DNA of 64,000 nt, taken from assembly GCA_964573095.1 (NCBI GenBank), contig CAZNIK010000001.1, positions 56,507 through 120,506 on the forward strand. The letters are read 5' to 3'. Shown here piece after piece: positions 61,542 to 64,000 of the stretch. The notes beneath the pieces are model-generated. The model was not told the origin of the DNA. It worked only from the letters and a program-made list of their open reading frames with translations, and made no database searches. The position numbers and the translations under genes were made by a program. How positions within the stretch are numbered: position 1 is the stretch's first letter; each line of letters opens with the position of its first letter. This DNA comes from an uncultured Candidatus Saccharibacteria bacterium. Lineage in GTDB: Bacteria > Patescibacteriota > Saccharimonadia > Saccharimonadales > 2-12-FULL-41-12.

Positions 61542-62027
61542 CTATCGCCTAATCTGGTCAACGCGCTCTTGAATTTTGCTAAGGGTTTTTTCTGGATCCT
61601 CAACCCCCATCAGTGTGATAGTTTCGGTCTTACCCAGACGGTCCATGTTAACAACAATATTACCGTAACCCATCTGACCACCGAAAAAAGATTGATCAAG
61701 CTCTACCGACGTGACGGAACTAATCGCATAATACTTTTTCTTGACGGCGCCGAGCATACGTCTTCTGACAATTATCGAATCGGCAGTTGCGCTATACGAT
61801 AGTTTCTTTTTGTTGCTGTGTATTATCAGCAACGCAGCAACTGTGAGCCCAATAATAATCCAGCGCGCCAGCCGGGTTAAGAAGCTGGTGTCGGCTCCCA
61901 CCAAGTTATCAAAGGCATTAAATAGCTGAGTTGCGAAGATCAGCAGAATAATACTAAAGGCAATTACAATGCCTGCTTGATACTGAGCGGGCTGGGTACT
62001 TCGTTTTATCTCTAGAGAATCGTCCAC
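61542..62027 (-). CDS. Membrane protein with bacterial PH (bPH_2/YdbS-like) domain
   Basis: Two N-terminal TMs followed by ...YYAISSVTSVELDQSFFGGQMGYGNIVV, typical of bPH_2. Confidence 0.4.
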   Translation of the reverse strand: MDDSLEIKRSTQPAQYQAGIVIAFSIILLIFATQLFNAFDNLVGADTSFLTRLARWIIIGLTVAALLIIHSNKKKLSYSATADSIIVRRRMLGAVKKKYYAISSVTSVELDQSFFGGQMGYGNIVVNMDRLGKTETITLMGVEDPEKTLSKIQERVDQIRR

Positions 62028-62058
62028 GTTGAATAGATTATACCCTATCCCGAGAATA

Positions 62059-62259
62059 CTACTTGTGCCGTGGTTGGCTCAGTGTAGTTCGAGGGCTAAA
62101 ATTGGCGTGAGCATTTCGGACGGCTGGCGATGACTCCGCACCATGCTTTTTGCCCTCGCCAGAAATTGGTTGGGTCAACTTGGTGTGGTATCCCCGACTG
62201 CTCTTCTCTAAATCAATGAGGTGAGGTTTTTGTGCTTTGTTCCGCTTTTTGTGCGACAT
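62059..62259 (-). CDS. Hypothetical small basic protein (66 aa)
   Basis: A perfect GGAGG Shine-Dalgarno sequence 8 nt upstream of the ATG at 62259 (MSHKKRNKAQKPH...); no homology recognised. Confidence 0.35.
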   Translation of the reverse strand: MSHKKRNKAQKPHLIDLEKSSRGYHTKLTQPISGEGKKHGAESSPAVRNAHANFSPRTTLSQPRHK

Positions 62260-62663
62260 ATAAAATCCTCCTTGCACATTCTATTATGCGCCTTTGCGGT
62301 AGTGCATACAAGGTAAGCCGGGTATAAAGGAGTAGTTTATATTGGCAGAGCAATCATGTATGAGTGGTTATTCTTCAACTCCCCTGGAGAAAAAACAAGC
62401 TATGCAAAACTAGCTACTCTTCTTGCTCAAGAAATTGTGGGTTTGCAACGAAGGCATACTCTAAATAGCTGTCAACGAGATCGCCATAGCGCTGGAGGAA
62501 GGCAGTTTCTCTGCTTCGCGCCCAAAACACATCGGCAGCGCTCGTCGGCACCTCTTGCGCTTGGACTCAAAACAAATCATGTGTCAGCGAACTTTTCATA
62601 AACCTATAATAATAGTTTTCCAAACCAAGGTGTTAGGTTTATGATGAATTCATAAGATCGTGG

Positions 62664-63398
62664 TTATTGTTTTGGCACTAGTTTTTGTTCCAGCTCAATT
62701 AGATTGAGTATGTCTCTTTCGACAAGATATGTCTGGACATTTTTATCCCAGCCAGTTGCCACGAATATCCCAACAAGAATAAACATGATTCCGATTGTGA
62801 GCTGAAACCAGCCCTTCGGATTGCTTACCCATTTAATCTTTAGGAGTAGTTTTTGGCCAAGAAGCGCGATCGCCAGCAAGGAAGTTGCAACCCCAAGACA
62901 ATACATCACTAGGTAGAGAATGCCTTTTTGAGTATTCGCTGGCACTACCGTTGCAACAACCCAAGCGTATGTTGGACTACAGCTGCTAAAGACAGGACCT
63001 AAAGCAGCACCAGTTAGGACCGCAGACAAAGTTCGATTCTTTTTTTGAAAAGCCTGGGCGAGCAACTTCTGAGAACGGTGTTCTGTGCCGGTTCTTATAA
63101 TAATTTTTGCCCACAAGTCCGGGAAAATCATAAAAAAACCAAGTGCGATAATTAATATGCCAGCACCGATACTCCAAACTTTTGGATCAATACCCACAAA
63201 CACGGTGCTTATTTTGAGGAGTAATGTGAAGATGACTAGCGAAACGACAAGACTAGCCGTGATTATGTACGGTCGTCTTCTGTCTCTATCTCGGGCATCT
63301 AGACTTCCACCTAAGATAATTGGCAGCAGCGGGAGCACGCATGGAGCGAGCACAGTTAACAGTCCCGCAACGTACGACAGCAATGCGGTTACAGCCAT
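62664..63398 (-). CDS. ccdA: CcdA/DsbD-family membrane thiol-disulfide electron transporter
   Basis: 244 aa, 6-8 TMs, the first TM carries Cys (LAPCVLPLLP) and there is a second conserved Cys-containing TM. Confidence 0.55.
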   Translation of the reverse strand: MAVTALLSYVAGLLTVLAPCVLPLLPIILGGSLDARDRDRRRPYIITASLVVSLVIFTLLLKISTVFVGIDPKVWSIGAGILIIALGFFMIFPDLWAKIIIRTGTEHRSQKLLAQAFQKKNRTLSAVLTGAALGPVFSSCSPTYAWVVATVVPANTQKGILYLVMYCLGVATSLLAIALLGQKLLLKIKWVSNPKGWFQLTIGIMFILVGIFVATGWDKNVQTYLVERDILNLIELEQKLVPKQ

Positions 63399-63408
63399 AG
63401 GTAGTTGC

Positions 63409-63891
63409 CTATGATTTTATGCCACTTACGGCGTCAGAAAGTGATGTTGCTGACCACTGGGAAATCTCATTGCCCGCATCATCAACTTGCACAAAGGTGT
63501 ATTGTGTTGTCACTCCGTATTTCTTTCGAAGGTCTGGTGTGTTATCAAAGTCAGTCTTAATTATTAGAGTGTCGCTAGGAACGCTATCTGTACTTCTTGT
63601 GAGGTCCTTGTCGATTTTTTGGCAAATTGGGCACCAGCTGGCATGAAAAAAGTAAACTTTTTTGTAATTAGAGTATCGATTAGGGTCAGTGTTGTATGTC
63701 GCAAGCGTGATGTAGCGTGCATCAGTGTCATTATTGCTGGTCGTCGACGTGGAGGGCTGCTTATCTGTAGTGGTTGTCGCCGAGCTGTTAGCTGGGTCAC
63801 CACTTGAGTTATTTTGAGCATTTAGAAAAATTATTGCGGCAACCCCAATCGCCAGTATTGCCATTACTACCAAAACCAACCTTTTGTTCAT
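63409..63891 (-). CDS. Secreted thioredoxin-fold thiol-disulfide oxidoreductase
   Basis: Signal/TM N-terminus, Ser/Thr-rich linker, CxxC active site in FFHASWCPICQK. Confidence 0.6.
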   Translation of the reverse strand: MNKRLVLVVMAILAIGVAAIIFLNAQNNSSGDPANSSATTTTDKQPSTSTTSNNDTDARYITLATYNTDPNRYSNYKKVYFFHASWCPICQKIDKDLTRSTDSVPSDTLIIKTDFDNTPDLRKKYGVTTQYTFVQVDDAGNEISQWSATSLSDAVSGIKS

Positions 63892-64000
63892 TATGTTTCA
63901 TTATACTTGATTTGTTGCAATCCCACGCGACAAGCTTGTCATGGTGCTTTAATTCCCCGCGTGTTTGGCTGCGCTTTCCTCTTGAGTCCAAAAATGTGAC

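Overview
This is a gene-dense, single-contig bacterial chromosomal window of about 47-50% GC by eye. It has many short and overlapping genes, single-domain response regulators and a sortase, which is tentatively compatible with a small-genome Gram-positive-like or Patescibacteria-like organism. Taxonomy is not provable from the sequence. The contents, in order, are as follows. First comes a GH1 beta-glucosidase. Next is a truncated dcw cluster, mraZ-rsmH-ftsL-ftsI-mraY-ftsW-murG-ftsQ, with a textbook MraZ operator (TGGG repeats) upstream. Then come a sigma70-region4/HARE-HTH protein plus a 590-aa unknown, topA, dprA, pth, der and a pseudouridine synthase. After that is a two-component system whose REC protein carries a long Pro/Thr/Glu-rich tail. 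The most interesting locus follows at 23190-26923. It contains an intact tRNA-Glu(CUC) flanked by a duplicated 5' fragment and a duplicated 3' fragment of the same tRNA. A pair of homologous hairpins at this locus shows compensatory base changes. Immediately downstream is a visibly AT-richer three-gene cassette: an EcoRI-methylase-like N6-adenine MTase (NPPF), a translationally coupled DUF262(ParB-like DGQQR)+HNH nuclease resembling GmrSD/SspE/BrxU-type enzymes, and an AlbA_2/Schlafen-like protein. I read it as a candidate horizontally acquired, non-canonical restriction/defence island at a tRNA integration hotspot. Further on are an ABC exporter, umuDC, a second two-component system, a DUF3048 protein, gltX, and a sortase with membrane/PEGA-like neighbours. 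These are followed by tRNA-Leu(CAA), a CYTH protein, an NAD(P)HX dehydratase-like protein and a proline iminopeptidase. Next is a class-I DAHP synthase preceded by a convincing attenuator, with a 25-aa leader peptide (YYSFFWF run) and an intrinsic terminator. The window ends with xth, pyrH, a GATase1 protein, tRNA-Ser(GGA), a MacB-type ABC pair, an AcrB-like RND pump, tgt, a Nudix-metallophosphoesterase fusion, and a CcdA/thioredoxin pair. No rRNA, CRISPR array, transposase or integrase gene was seen.
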